64,000 bases of DNA from NCBI GenBank assembly GCA_947482345.1, contig CANKJN010000004.1:234-64233 (forward strand), written 5' to 3'. The stretch's first letter is position 1, and every line of letters begins with the position of its first letter. Made by a program: the position numbers and the translations under genes. The notes below the pieces were generated by a model, which saw only the letters and a program-made list of their open reading frames with translations, was not told the origin of the DNA and searched no databases. The DNA is from Spartobacteria bacterium. GTDB taxonomy: Bacteria; Verrucomicrobiota; Verrucomicrobiia; Chthoniobacterales; UBA6821. Positions 56,442-64,000 of this stretch are shown in pieces.

Positions 56442-56919
56442 TACGCCGACCCATCAAGAGGCCGACTTTGGGACCTGGTTGCTACCCATCAGAGATTAGA
56501 TGGTGCTGCGTCTGTTGCCTCCGATTGAGAACAAGTCTTTGGACCCCCGCGACCGGAGAAGTCACGGGGGAAGTCGGGCAGCTCAGGCATATGTCTATTG
56601 ATTTACTATTACATTTAGTAATAAATGAGATTTCATATCAGATCAGTCCTCGTGTCGATGGCCATTTAAAACTGAATAAAGAACCATACACACCAAAAAA
56701 CCTGAAATGATACCTCGGATGAAGAGACCTTTGTAAAAACTCCAAGCTAACGATAAAGCGGGTGTGATGATTGTGGAGATAATGAAGTGCTCTTCAAGCC
56801 ACCAATTAATAAAGTCCATAATATTTTTCTAATTTATTTCGGTTTTACGAACGACACATGAGGTTTCGTCGGATTTGATAGACACACAGTGATCTCTTTG
56901 GGATATGTAGAGTCTGAAA

Positions 56920-58617
56920 TTACTTCTGGCTATAAGCTAGGATCATTACAACGGATTTGGATACTTTATCTACTTGATCAAGAAAATTAGTGTTTTCAGA
57001 TGGTCTGAGAATTTGTGGGATATTGACACCGAGAGAGTCGATCAAAGGGGTTATGTAAACGCTTTTGATAGCATACCCTACGTTTTGAGCCACATCTCCA
57101 GTTGCTTTAGCCATTACAACAGCATTCAATTTAGATATCACAATACCAATTACATTTCCTCCTTCATCACATAGTGGTCCGCCTGAATTTCCGGGCTGAA
57201 TGGGCACACTGATTTGCCATAGCCGAGGATCATCTTGATATCCATTGAGACTGCTGATCTCCCCTTTTGTCATCTTGGGGCTGGTTCCTTGGATCTCTAT
57301 ATTGGGAAATCCAATCGAAAAAATGTTCTGACCTAGTTTGACTCCCTTGGAAGATGCAATGGGAATTGGCTCGAACGTTCCCTCGCATTTGATGACCGCA
57401 ATATCATTTGAAACATCGATTTGCAGAATTTTGGCAGTTTGCCTCCCTTGAGAGGTGATGACCTCTATGTGGCTGGCATTGGAGACAACGTGAGCTGCGG
57501 TTAGGATAACTCCGTTAGTAGAGATCATCACACCAGATCCGCTACAATTAAGCATTTCAACAGGAGCTGCTTTGGTGGCTCCAGTATTTGTATGTAGATT
57601 ATTAGTTGGAAAAGATGCGCGTAATTCTCTGCTTCGTTTTTGCGCAACTAAAGCACCTTGTGGGCCGAGTGCTTTTTCAAGCTTATCTCTCAGATCTATA
57701 GTGGCTTTAGTGTTATAACTACCGGAAGTTGCAATATTCATCCACGCAAGAGCCTCAATATAGTCTTTCAAAACTCCAATACCCATAGCATATAAAAGAC
57801 CCACTCGTGCTTGAGCTGCTGAATTGCCCTGCTCAGCTGCTAGCTTATAATATTTCATGGCCAACGAACAATCTTTCACAAGTCCAACTGTTCCATTAAG
57901 ATACTTATCTCCTAATAGACCTTCAGCAACAGGATCTCCGCTTGAAGCAGCTTTTTTTAACCAAGTAATAGCAGCGGACGGATTTTTTTCAACACCGTCT
58001 CCATTATCATACTTTCTTCCCAGCTCTGATTGTGCTGGCAAATAGCCGCTCTCTGCGCTTTTCTTGCACCACTTAAAGGACTTTTCAGGACTTTTTGCCC
58101 CTCCCTCTCCTGTCTTATAAATATTCGATAGCGCATACTGGGCTTCAGATAGCGCATGCTGGGCTTCCGGAGTTACCATTTCTTCTGCTTTAATAAACCA
58201 TTTCTCAGACTCTTTCTGGTCAATTCTTACACCCACCCCAGTACCATAACATAAACCAACAGCTATCATTGAATTTACGTATCCTTGATTAGCCGCTATT
58301 TTGAACCACTTGAAAGCTTCTTGAGGATTTTTTGCTACTCCTTCGCCTGTCAAATAGCAGCGACCTAGGTTATGAGCTGCTAGACGATGACCTCTTTCAG
58401 CCGCTTCCATATACCATCTCACGGCCAACTGAGGATCCTTTTCTACTCCATCACCAATCACATATTTGTTACCAAGTTGGAATTGGGCATCTGCATCTCC
58501 TTTTAGAGCGGATGCTCGAATGCTGGCTAAGCTTTTGGGCTGACCTTGTGCTTGTGCTGCCTGGCACAGAACTAATGTCAATAGAATGCAGAAAGGAATT
58601 TTGAGATATCTTTTCAT
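56920..58617 (-). CDS. secreted Sel1-repeat protein fused to a trypsin-like (S1) serine protease
   Basis: Signal peptide; ~7 Sel1 repeats (AQFQLG..Y..GDGV.KD...A..WY..AA..G); LTAAHVV, DIAVIK, QPGNSGGPL catalytic triad. Confidence 0.88.
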   Translation of the reverse strand: MKRYLKIPFCILLTLVLCQAAQAQGQPKSLASIRASALKGDADAQFQLGNKYVIGDGVEKDPQLAVRWYMEAAERGHRLAAHNLGRCYLTGEGVAKNPQEAFKWFKIAANQGYVNSMIAVGLCYGTGVGVRIDQKESEKWFIKAEEMVTPEAQHALSEAQYALSNIYKTGEGGAKSPEKSFKWCKKSAESGYLPAQSELGRKYDNGDGVEKNPSAAITWLKKAASSGDPVAEGLLGDKYLNGTVGLVKDCSLAMKYYKLAAEQGNSAAQARVGLLYAMGIGVLKDYIEALAWMNIATSGSYNTKATIDLRDKLEKALGPQGALVAQKRSRELRASFPTNNLHTNTGATKAAPVEMLNCSGSGVMISTNGVILTAAHVVSNASHIEVITSQGRQTAKILQIDVSNDIAVIKCEGTFEPIPIASSKGVKLGQNIFSIGFPNIEIQGTSPKMTKGEISSLNGYQDDPRLWQISVPIQPGNSGGPLCDEGGNVIGIVISKLNAVVMAKATGDVAQNVGYAIKSVYITPLIDSLGVNIPQILRPSENTNFLDQVDKVSKSVVMILAYSQK

Positions 58618-58817
58618 GCATTCAATACAGTCATGAGCTAAAAAATATTGAGTCCCAACGAAAACATCAAGCGCTGGTTAAAAGCAACTGATGATTAGGA
58701 GGATATAGGCGCCCAGTTTGGATGATGTGAGAGATGCCTGCCGAGTCATCCTTACTCTTTTAGGTATTTGCTCAAGATTGCATCAAGAAATTACTTGAAG
58801 GATCAACTAATTGTCGG

Positions 58818-59363
58818 ATGATCAAAACCGTGAAATACTCATTGTACGGCTTTTTATTCATTCTGTGCGGGTGTTCAAGCATTCGATACTATCACGTTGA
58901 TTCTGTGCCCGCAGGTGCATCAATAACCAGAGCAGGAGAATTTGTCGGACAAGCCCCTGTTGGTTTTAAGCATAAAATCACGAAAGAAGACCGTGACAGG
59001 GGGTACTTTTTCAGTAGACCGCTAGTTCTCAAGTGGGTGAGTGGAGCCGAGTGGCGAACTGATGGGTTTAGAATTTATTTAGCAGATCAGAACTATCGTA
59101 CATATTACATTAATCGGCCTCCATCAGCCCCCAATAAGATGGCAGATATAAACTACGGGCTTGAAATTCAGAAAATGGATATTATGAATGCCCAGTTGAC
59201 AACCATGCGGCGAGCTTCAATCCAGCAAAGCATTCAGGCTAGTTCTTACAATTATCCAAATGCATATCCAAATGCATACCGAAATGCATACCGAAATGCC
59301 TACCCAAATAATAATTGGCAACAAACTCTAAATAATATTCAAAGTGCGATAATAGGTTTTTAG
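58818..59363 (+). CDS. hypothetical lipoprotein with PEGA-like start and C-terminal NAYP/NAYR repeats
   Basis: LCGC lipobox; VDSVPAGASI...GQAP; 12-bp tandem repeats at about 59258-59310. Confidence 0.65.
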   Translation: MIKTVKYSLYGFLFILCGCSSIRYYHVDSVPAGASITRAGEFVGQAPVGFKHKITKEDRDRGYFFSRPLVLKWVSGAEWRTDGFRIYLADQNYRTYYINRPPSAPNKMADINYGLEIQKMDIMNAQLTTMRRASIQQSIQASSYNYPNAYPNAYRNAYRNAYPNNNWQQTLNNIQSAIIGF

Positions 59364-59459
59364 AAATATTTGCCTGGATTAGTATTAGCGAGAATATACA
59401 TGCTATTGAAAACCCTAAGAAGTGAATACTCAGAATATTATTTTTAACTATAATATTTA

Positions 59460-60401
59460 ATGCCTTTTAATTCTCATAGTTTTCTAACTCGGGTTTTTAT
59501 TCGTGATGACCGTTCTAATGACTCAGACTTTGATTACATCTTCACCAATAAGAAACCGGAGCACTTGGTGCTACAGCCAGAATTACTTGTCCAAGCAGCA
59601 TCTGGAGATTTGGAAGCTACTTATCAATTCGGAAAATTCCATGTCATAGATCCATACCGTATTATTGCTGACATTCGTCAGGGGGCTTTTTTTCTAAAAG
59701 AATCAGGTTCTGCTGGTGATCCAAGAGCACAGTACGCCTATGCTCAGTTACTCATATACAGTTTCGAATGTGGTGATTATGAACTTGAGGAACCAAAAAC
59801 CATCATCAATCTATTAAAGACTGCGGGTGAAGCCGGAAATGTTCATGCTCAGTTTCTACTTGCAGACGGATATTCATTGAAACAGGTTCACGAACTTGAT
59901 CTCTATCCGGACCGTTCTGAGGGACTTTACTGGTGGAGAAAATGCGCACTCCAAGGAGTCGCTAAAGCCCAGTGTCAATATGCATACATGCTTTTTGAAA
60001 GTAACGAATGGGGCGATCGTATAGAAGGTGCCTACTGGCTGCACACTTCTCATCTTAGTGGTCATCCTGGCGCTGACGTAGAGTTCTTAGACTGTGTCAA
60101 ATGGCTAGCCCCTACAGCTGATGACGATGCCTACGCAGCTCATGTTTTAGGTTTAGCGAACTATCATGGAACTGGTCTCATCAGAGACGCTGTTAAAGCT
60201 GAGGAACTTTTTCTGCAGGCTATAGATCAGGGACATTCAGAATCGCTAGCATGCCTAGGCGAGCTTTACTGGAATGGTCATGAAGATGGCGTTGTTTCTA
60301 ATAAAGACAAGGCTATTGAACTATTGCAAGAGGCCGCGAAAAAGGGAGTGCCTCGTGCCAAAGAATGCCTACTAAGCATGAAAGGGTTAAATACCGTATG
60401 A
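59460..60401 (+). CDS. Sel1-repeat protein
   Basis: Repeats such as AQYAYA, AQFLLA, AQCQYA, LGELYWNG...KAIELLQEAAKKG. Confidence 0.8.
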   Translation: MPFNSHSFLTRVFIRDDRSNDSDFDYIFTNKKPEHLVLQPELLVQAASGDLEATYQFGKFHVIDPYRIIADIRQGAFFLKESGSAGDPRAQYAYAQLLIYSFECGDYELEEPKTIINLLKTAGEAGNVHAQFLLADGYSLKQVHELDLYPDRSEGLYWWRKCALQGVAKAQCQYAYMLFESNEWGDRIEGAYWLHTSHLSGHPGADVEFLDCVKWLAPTADDDAYAAHVLGLANYHGTGLIRDAVKAEELFLQAIDQGHSESLACLGELYWNGHEDGVVSNKDKAIELLQEAAKKGVPRAKECLLSMKGLNTV

Positions 60402-60591
60402 AGACCATAAAGTCACACTACCCGCCAGTAATCTCCTTTCACTCCGTCGGGATGAAATCGCTTATCGAAGAACTTGAAGAGTTCTCCTTCAGGATCCTGG
60501 ACGGTTTCCTTGTGGGAAAAAAAAGAAGTGCGTGGAGAAATGATGTCGGTAATCCTGTCCTTCTAAAAAGGACATGATCCCAAGAGTTTCC

Positions 60592-60942
60592 CTACCCCCA
60601 GAAGCAGTTGTTCTCGTCCTTGTTGATGAGGCGCAGCCACTCCTCTAGTGATGAGGTCTCAGGACAAGGTTCGTAGGGATGCCATTTGCCATCGCCTCTC
60701 CTCCAGTAGACCTTCCAGATATTCCGACTCCGCACATAGCGGGTCTTGGCGACTGGACTCTTGATCCACTGCGACTTGTCCCGGAAATAGGGTCTGCACT
60801 CGAAGATTTCGATCTCATGCCCTTCGATACTCTGCCCCTCCCTGACAAGATGCCGCAGATGAAGGGGTGGGCGTCGGTGCGTCCAGAGGATCCGCTCTAT
60901 CTGCTCCGTGAATACGGCGATTTCGTCTTCTGTGAAGGCCAT
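60592..60942 (-). CDS. DUF3024-like protein
   Basis: PVAKTRYVRSRNIWKVYWRRGDGKWHPY and terminal D.NNCFWG. Confidence 0.75.
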   Translation of the reverse strand: MAFTEDEIAVFTEQIERILWTHRRPPLHLRHLVREGQSIEGHEIEIFECRPYFRDKSQWIKSPVAKTRYVRSRNIWKVYWRRGDGKWHPYEPCPETSSLEEWLRLINKDENNCFWG

Positions 60943-61083
60943 GCAGTCATCAAAACGGCATTCCAAGACTCCGTCAAAAATCATCTCCCCGAGATTCCCC
61001 CCAAAACCATCTGAAACCCCGCAAGTGACCCTGCAAGTCGCTTTGGATCACACAGTAACCTTCACTAGATCTGTTTAGATCCC

Positions 61084-61157
61084 GCATTATTATTCACCTA
61101 TGAGGGGAATCTTCACGCATATCTCAAACGATTCTTGCCTCAATGATTAGATAATGC
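61084..61157. promoter_or_regulatory. imperfect inverted repeat upstream of abiEi (probable autoregulatory operator)
   Basis: GCATTAT...TGAGG (61084-61105) inverted against CCTCA...ATAATGC (61138-61157). Confidence 0.4.
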
Positions 61158-61171
61158 TCTAGTATTACCCG

Positions 61172-61927
61172 ATGAGGGGAATATCACGACATTCTCTAAT
61201 CAGACCTCTTCATACGAGTCTCCCGCATGGAGCGCCCTTTGACGTTCATGTCCTGAAGGATCAGAAAATCTCACCCAAGCAGGCCGCCCGCTATGTGGAG
61301 AGCGGATGGCTCGTCAGACTAGGGCAAGGGGTTTACGGATTCCCCTCAGACAAGCTAGATGCTCCCGGCTGCATCCTCCTGCTCCAGAAAAAGTCCCCAG
61401 GCCTCCATGTGGGAGGAAGGAGTGCCCTCGCTTTGCATGGGGTTCGCCATAACCTAGACACCCGTGAATCTTGGACCCTCTGGGGAGACCGGCGATTCCT
61501 CCTTCCCGAGTGGTTCACCGCACGATTCCCAGCCCGGTATACCTCCTCCCGCCTCTTTGCTTGGAAGCCCCCCTCGCTCAATGCCGACACCATCTCCACC
61601 CCGGCAGGAACCTTGGACAGCCTGAAGGTCTCAGTCCCTGAACGGGCCGTCCTGGAACTGCTCTCCGAGGTAGGCCTTCATCAAGATTTGGAGGAAGCTC
61701 GCAACCTCTTCGACGGTCTCCGGAATCTCCGCTCGAACATTCTTGGCCAGCTCCTCTCCTGCTGCACGAGCGTGAAGACCATACGGCTCTTCCTCTCTTG
61801 GGCTCGTGAAACCGGCGTCGTGGATGTCGATCAGCTCCTGAAAGCTCACAAGATCCCCACTGGTAGTAAAAGCCGCTGGATCAGTCGGATGAAGGACGGC
61901 ACCCTGCTGACACTCAAGCATGGATAA
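61172..61927 (+). CDS. abiEi: type IV TA antitoxin, AbiEi family
   Basis: N-terminal wHTH (YVESGWLVRLGQGVY), HVGGRSALALHG, VSVPERAVLELL, SVKTIRLFL. Confidence 0.85.
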   Translation: MRGISRHSLIRPLHTSLPHGAPFDVHVLKDQKISPKQAARYVESGWLVRLGQGVYGFPSDKLDAPGCILLLQKKSPGLHVGGRSALALHGVRHNLDTRESWTLWGDRRFLLPEWFTARFPARYTSSRLFAWKPPSLNADTISTPAGTLDSLKVSVPERAVLELLSEVGLHQDLEEARNLFDGLRNLRSNILGQLLSCCTSVKTIRLFLSWARETGVVDVDQLLKAHKIPTGSKSRWISRMKDGTLLTLKHG

Positions 61928-62834
61928 AACCTACATCGATACTGTCCGGCTCCTTCTCAGGGTTGCTCCTGATGTGTTCGATGGGGACATGTTCGCGCTC
62001 AAGGGAGGCACAGCCATCAATCTCTTTGTCCGGGACATGCCACGTCTCTCGGTCGACCTCGATCTTGTCATTGTCGATCATACGCTCCCGAGAGCAGAGG
62101 CTCTTCGGGCAATTACATCGGGACTCCAGACGATCAGCGGCCGACTTCACAAAACAGGCTTCTCCGTTCGTAAGATCGGCAACAAGGAAATGGGTGACAC
62201 CAAGCTCGTAATCGAGGACGGGAAATCCATGATCAAGATCGAGGTCAACACAGTGCTTCGCGGAACGGTTCTTCCGGTAGAGCGCCGTTCCCTCACCAAA
62301 AGCGCCTCAGACCTCTTCCTTGCAGAGCTTCAGATGCCGACGTTGACCCATGCCGAGCTCTACGGCGGGAAACTCGTTGCGGCCCTTGATCGCCAGCACC
62401 CCAGGGATCTCTTCGATGTTCACCTACTCTTCGAGAACGAGGGAATCACGGATGCCATGCTCGAATGCTTCGTCATCTACCTCTCCGCGCATGACCACCC
62501 TCCCCATGATGTCCTAGATTCAAGGGACAAGGACATCAGCAGAACCTATGAGGATCAGTTCGAGGGAATGGCGACCGTCCCCGTGACCTTGGATCAACTC
62601 ACGACCGCCCGTGCACGTCTTCGAGCTGAGCTTTCCAAACGCCTTACCACGAGGCAGAAAAACTTCCTTCTGAGCCTGGTCCGTGCCGAACCAGAGTGGA
62701 GCCTCCTAGATTGCCAGCATGTCTCAGAGCTTCCCGGCATCCAGTGGAAGCTGCTGAACCTCCGGAAATTCCGGGATCAGAAACCGGAAGCCTTCGCCGA
62801 GCAGATCCGCAGGATAGAGCAACTCGTGGGATAG
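61920..62834 (+). CDS. abiEii: type IV TA toxin, AbiEii nucleotidyltransferase
   Basis: FALKGGTAINLF..MPRLSVDLD, LYGGKLVAALDRQHPRDLFD; overlaps abiEi by 8 bp. Confidence 0.9.
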   Translation: MDKTYIDTVRLLLRVAPDVFDGDMFALKGGTAINLFVRDMPRLSVDLDLVIVDHTLPRAEALRAITSGLQTISGRLHKTGFSVRKIGNKEMGDTKLVIEDGKSMIKIEVNTVLRGTVLPVERRSLTKSASDLFLAELQMPTLTHAELYGGKLVAALDRQHPRDLFDVHLLFENEGITDAMLECFVIYLSAHDHPPHDVLDSRDKDISRTYEDQFEGMATVPVTLDQLTTARARLRAELSKRLTTRQKNFLLSLVRAEPEWSLLDCQHVSELPGIQWKLLNLRKFRDQKPEAFAEQIRRIEQLVG

Positions 62835-62861
62835 CTATTCCTTGTCTGTAAAAACTTCGTA

Positions 62862-62884
62862 TTCGAATCCTTTATCGGGCACTA
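62862..62884 (+). repeat. degenerate attR (copy of tRNA-Val 3' end)
   Basis: TTCGAATCCTTTATCGGGCACTA vs TTCGAACCCTGTATCGCGCACCA, 19/23. Confidence 0.6.
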
Positions 62885-62898
62885 TTCTTTCTCCACCC

Positions 62899-63135
62899 AT
62901 GGCGACCTATCTCTACGAGAGGATTCCAGGCAGGCCGGGCGAAGAGCCCGTGACCTTTGAGGTTCAGCAGAGCATGAAGGATGCCCCGCTCACCAAACAC
63001 CCCGAGACAGGCGTTCCCGTACGCCGCGTGATCACGGGGGGATTCGGCTTTGTCAGCAAGGGAGGTTCCGCTCCCGCCCCTCAGCGACCGCCCTCCTCGG
63101 GAGGAGGTTGCGGTTCAGGCTGCGGCTGTCATTAG
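62899..63135 (+). CDS. FmdB-family zinc-ribbon-like protein (Cys-less ribbon, Cys-rich tail)
   Basis: MATYLYE...FEVQQSMKDAPLTKHPETG.PVRRVITGG.G pattern; tail GGGCGSGCGCH. Confidence 0.75.
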   Translation: MATYLYERIPGRPGEEPVTFEVQQSMKDAPLTKHPETGVPVRRVITGGFGFVSKGGSAPAPQRPPSSGGGCGSGCGCH

Positions 63136-63244
63136 GGCTTCCTTAGAGCATTTTGCTTATTCACTAGACCGTCTTAGCGGAGGCATTGGGTAGTGTCGCA
63201 TCCTTCTCATCCCTTCGCAGGTTCCATCTTTTTCATCTTCGGGG

Positions 63245-63571
63245 TTCATTGATCCCGACCCGGCCCAGATTCACGCCGCCGCTTCACTCGGCGCTCCGGT
63301 CGTCGAACTCCATACCGGCGCCTATGCCGAGGCATCAGGGGCAGCCCGCGATGCGGAACTTTCACGCCTCATCAAGTCCGCCCGCCTTGCCGATGAAGCA
63401 GGCATCCAGGTGAATGCGGGCCACGGGCTCAACTACGTGAACGTGAAGCCGATTCTCGCCCTGCCGAAGCTCGTCGAGCTGAACATCGGCCACTCCATCG
63501 TCTCGCGCGCAGTGTTTGTCGGGATCGAACAGGCGACGCGAGAGATGGTGGAATGCTTGCGTAGGGCTTAG
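63245..63571 (+). pseudogene. pdxJ: 5'-truncated pyridoxine 5'-phosphate synthase fragment
   Basis: Frame reads FIDPD..QI.AA..LGAPVVELHTGAYA...VNAGHGLNY.NV..I...ELNIGHSIVSRAVFVG. In-frame TAG at 63191 and no start codon for the N-terminal half. Confidence 0.8.
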
Positions 63572-63610
63572 GATTTTTGCGCGGGGCGTTGTTCCCCTGC
63601 GCTTAGCCGC

Positions 63611-64000
63611 CTATCCCCGCGCCATCCTGCGTCGGTAAGCCGCCGTCAAGACCATCGCCCCCAGCGATAAAAGGGCATAGGTAGAAGGTTCTGGGATCGC
63701 CATCACGGAGAGGGTGGCGTTGAATCCGGAAGAGTAGGAGGTTCCGCTGTAAGTTGCCCCTCCGACCAGGATGGTGTAGTCACCGGCATCCAGGGCAAAT
63801 GTTCCCGTGACACTGCCGTCGGCGAGCCCATCACCCCTGATCAGATCGTTGGTTTGAGTGGTTCCATTTGCACGAGGAATGATAGTCGCGCCGGTGCCGT
63901 AATTCGCGGAAGTACCATCCGCGGCATTGCCCGCATAGATAAAGGAAGAGAGGTCCGAATACTGGTTTCCATCATCGTTTCCCATTTTCCAATCACCCAA
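63611..64000 (-). CDS. PEP-CTERM sorting-domain exoprotein (3' part; runs off window)
   Basis: IPEPSTYALLSLGAMVLTAAYRRR: PEP motif, TM helix and basic tail. Confidence 0.9.
   Translation of the reverse strand: MGDWKMGNDDGNQYSDLSSFIYAGNAADGTSANYGTGATIIPRANGTTQTNDLIRGDGLADGSVTGTFALDAGDYTILVGGATYSGTSYSSGFNATLSVMAIPEPSTYALLSLGAMVLTAAYRRRMARG

Larger units (their letters stand above)
55376..62884. mobile_element. tRNA-Val-anchored genomic island (~7.5 kb), no intact integrase seen
   Basis: tRNA 3' end 55353-55375 recurs degenerate (19/23) at 62862-62884; low-GC core; TA and Sel1 cargo. Confidence 0.65.

Noticed and set aside
56725-56742. TGTAAAAACT shared with 62847 as IS ends
   Set aside because: Only 10 bp, direct orientation, AT-rich; could be chance.
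63191-63193. TAG read-through (pyrrolysine or recoding) restoring pdxJ
   Set aside because: Sequence upstream of FIDPD has no PdxJ similarity in any frame, so read-through would not rebuild the protein.

Overview
64 kb of a GC-rich bacterial chromosome. Gene content, a PEP-CTERM gene and gene neighbourhoods point to Verrucomicrobiota (inference). Most of the window is housekeeping: dinG, lptF/G-type permease, dusB, phoBR-like pair, pfkA, dnaX, hisI, thyA, folA, cysS, ispF, coaC, gmk, glnD, mnmG, lpdA, rpe, tadA. It also holds a deoxyhexose catabolic locus (DeoR regulator, FucI-like isomerase, class II aldolase, rhamnulokinase, RhaEW-type aldolase/dehydrogenase, lutABC) and a ~7.5 kb island after tRNA-Val(CAC). 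The island carries two toxin-antitoxin systems, Sel1 proteins and a Sel1-trypsin protease, and is closed by a degenerate att repeat. Most notable: (1) an intact stand-alone xanthorhodopsin-like opsin lacking the retinal-binding lysine and the proton-pump carboxylates (8409-9263); (2) a candidate oriC/parS cluster at mnmG, with one parS site inside the coding sequence; (3) several families of inverted tandem-heptamer intergenic elements, one in almost every gap of the sugar locus, with a related repeat in-frame in dnaX; (4) a candidate three-hairpin small RNA at 26.8 kb; (5) a 5'-truncated pdxJ next to the island. All family assignments come from reading motifs by eye; no database search was run.
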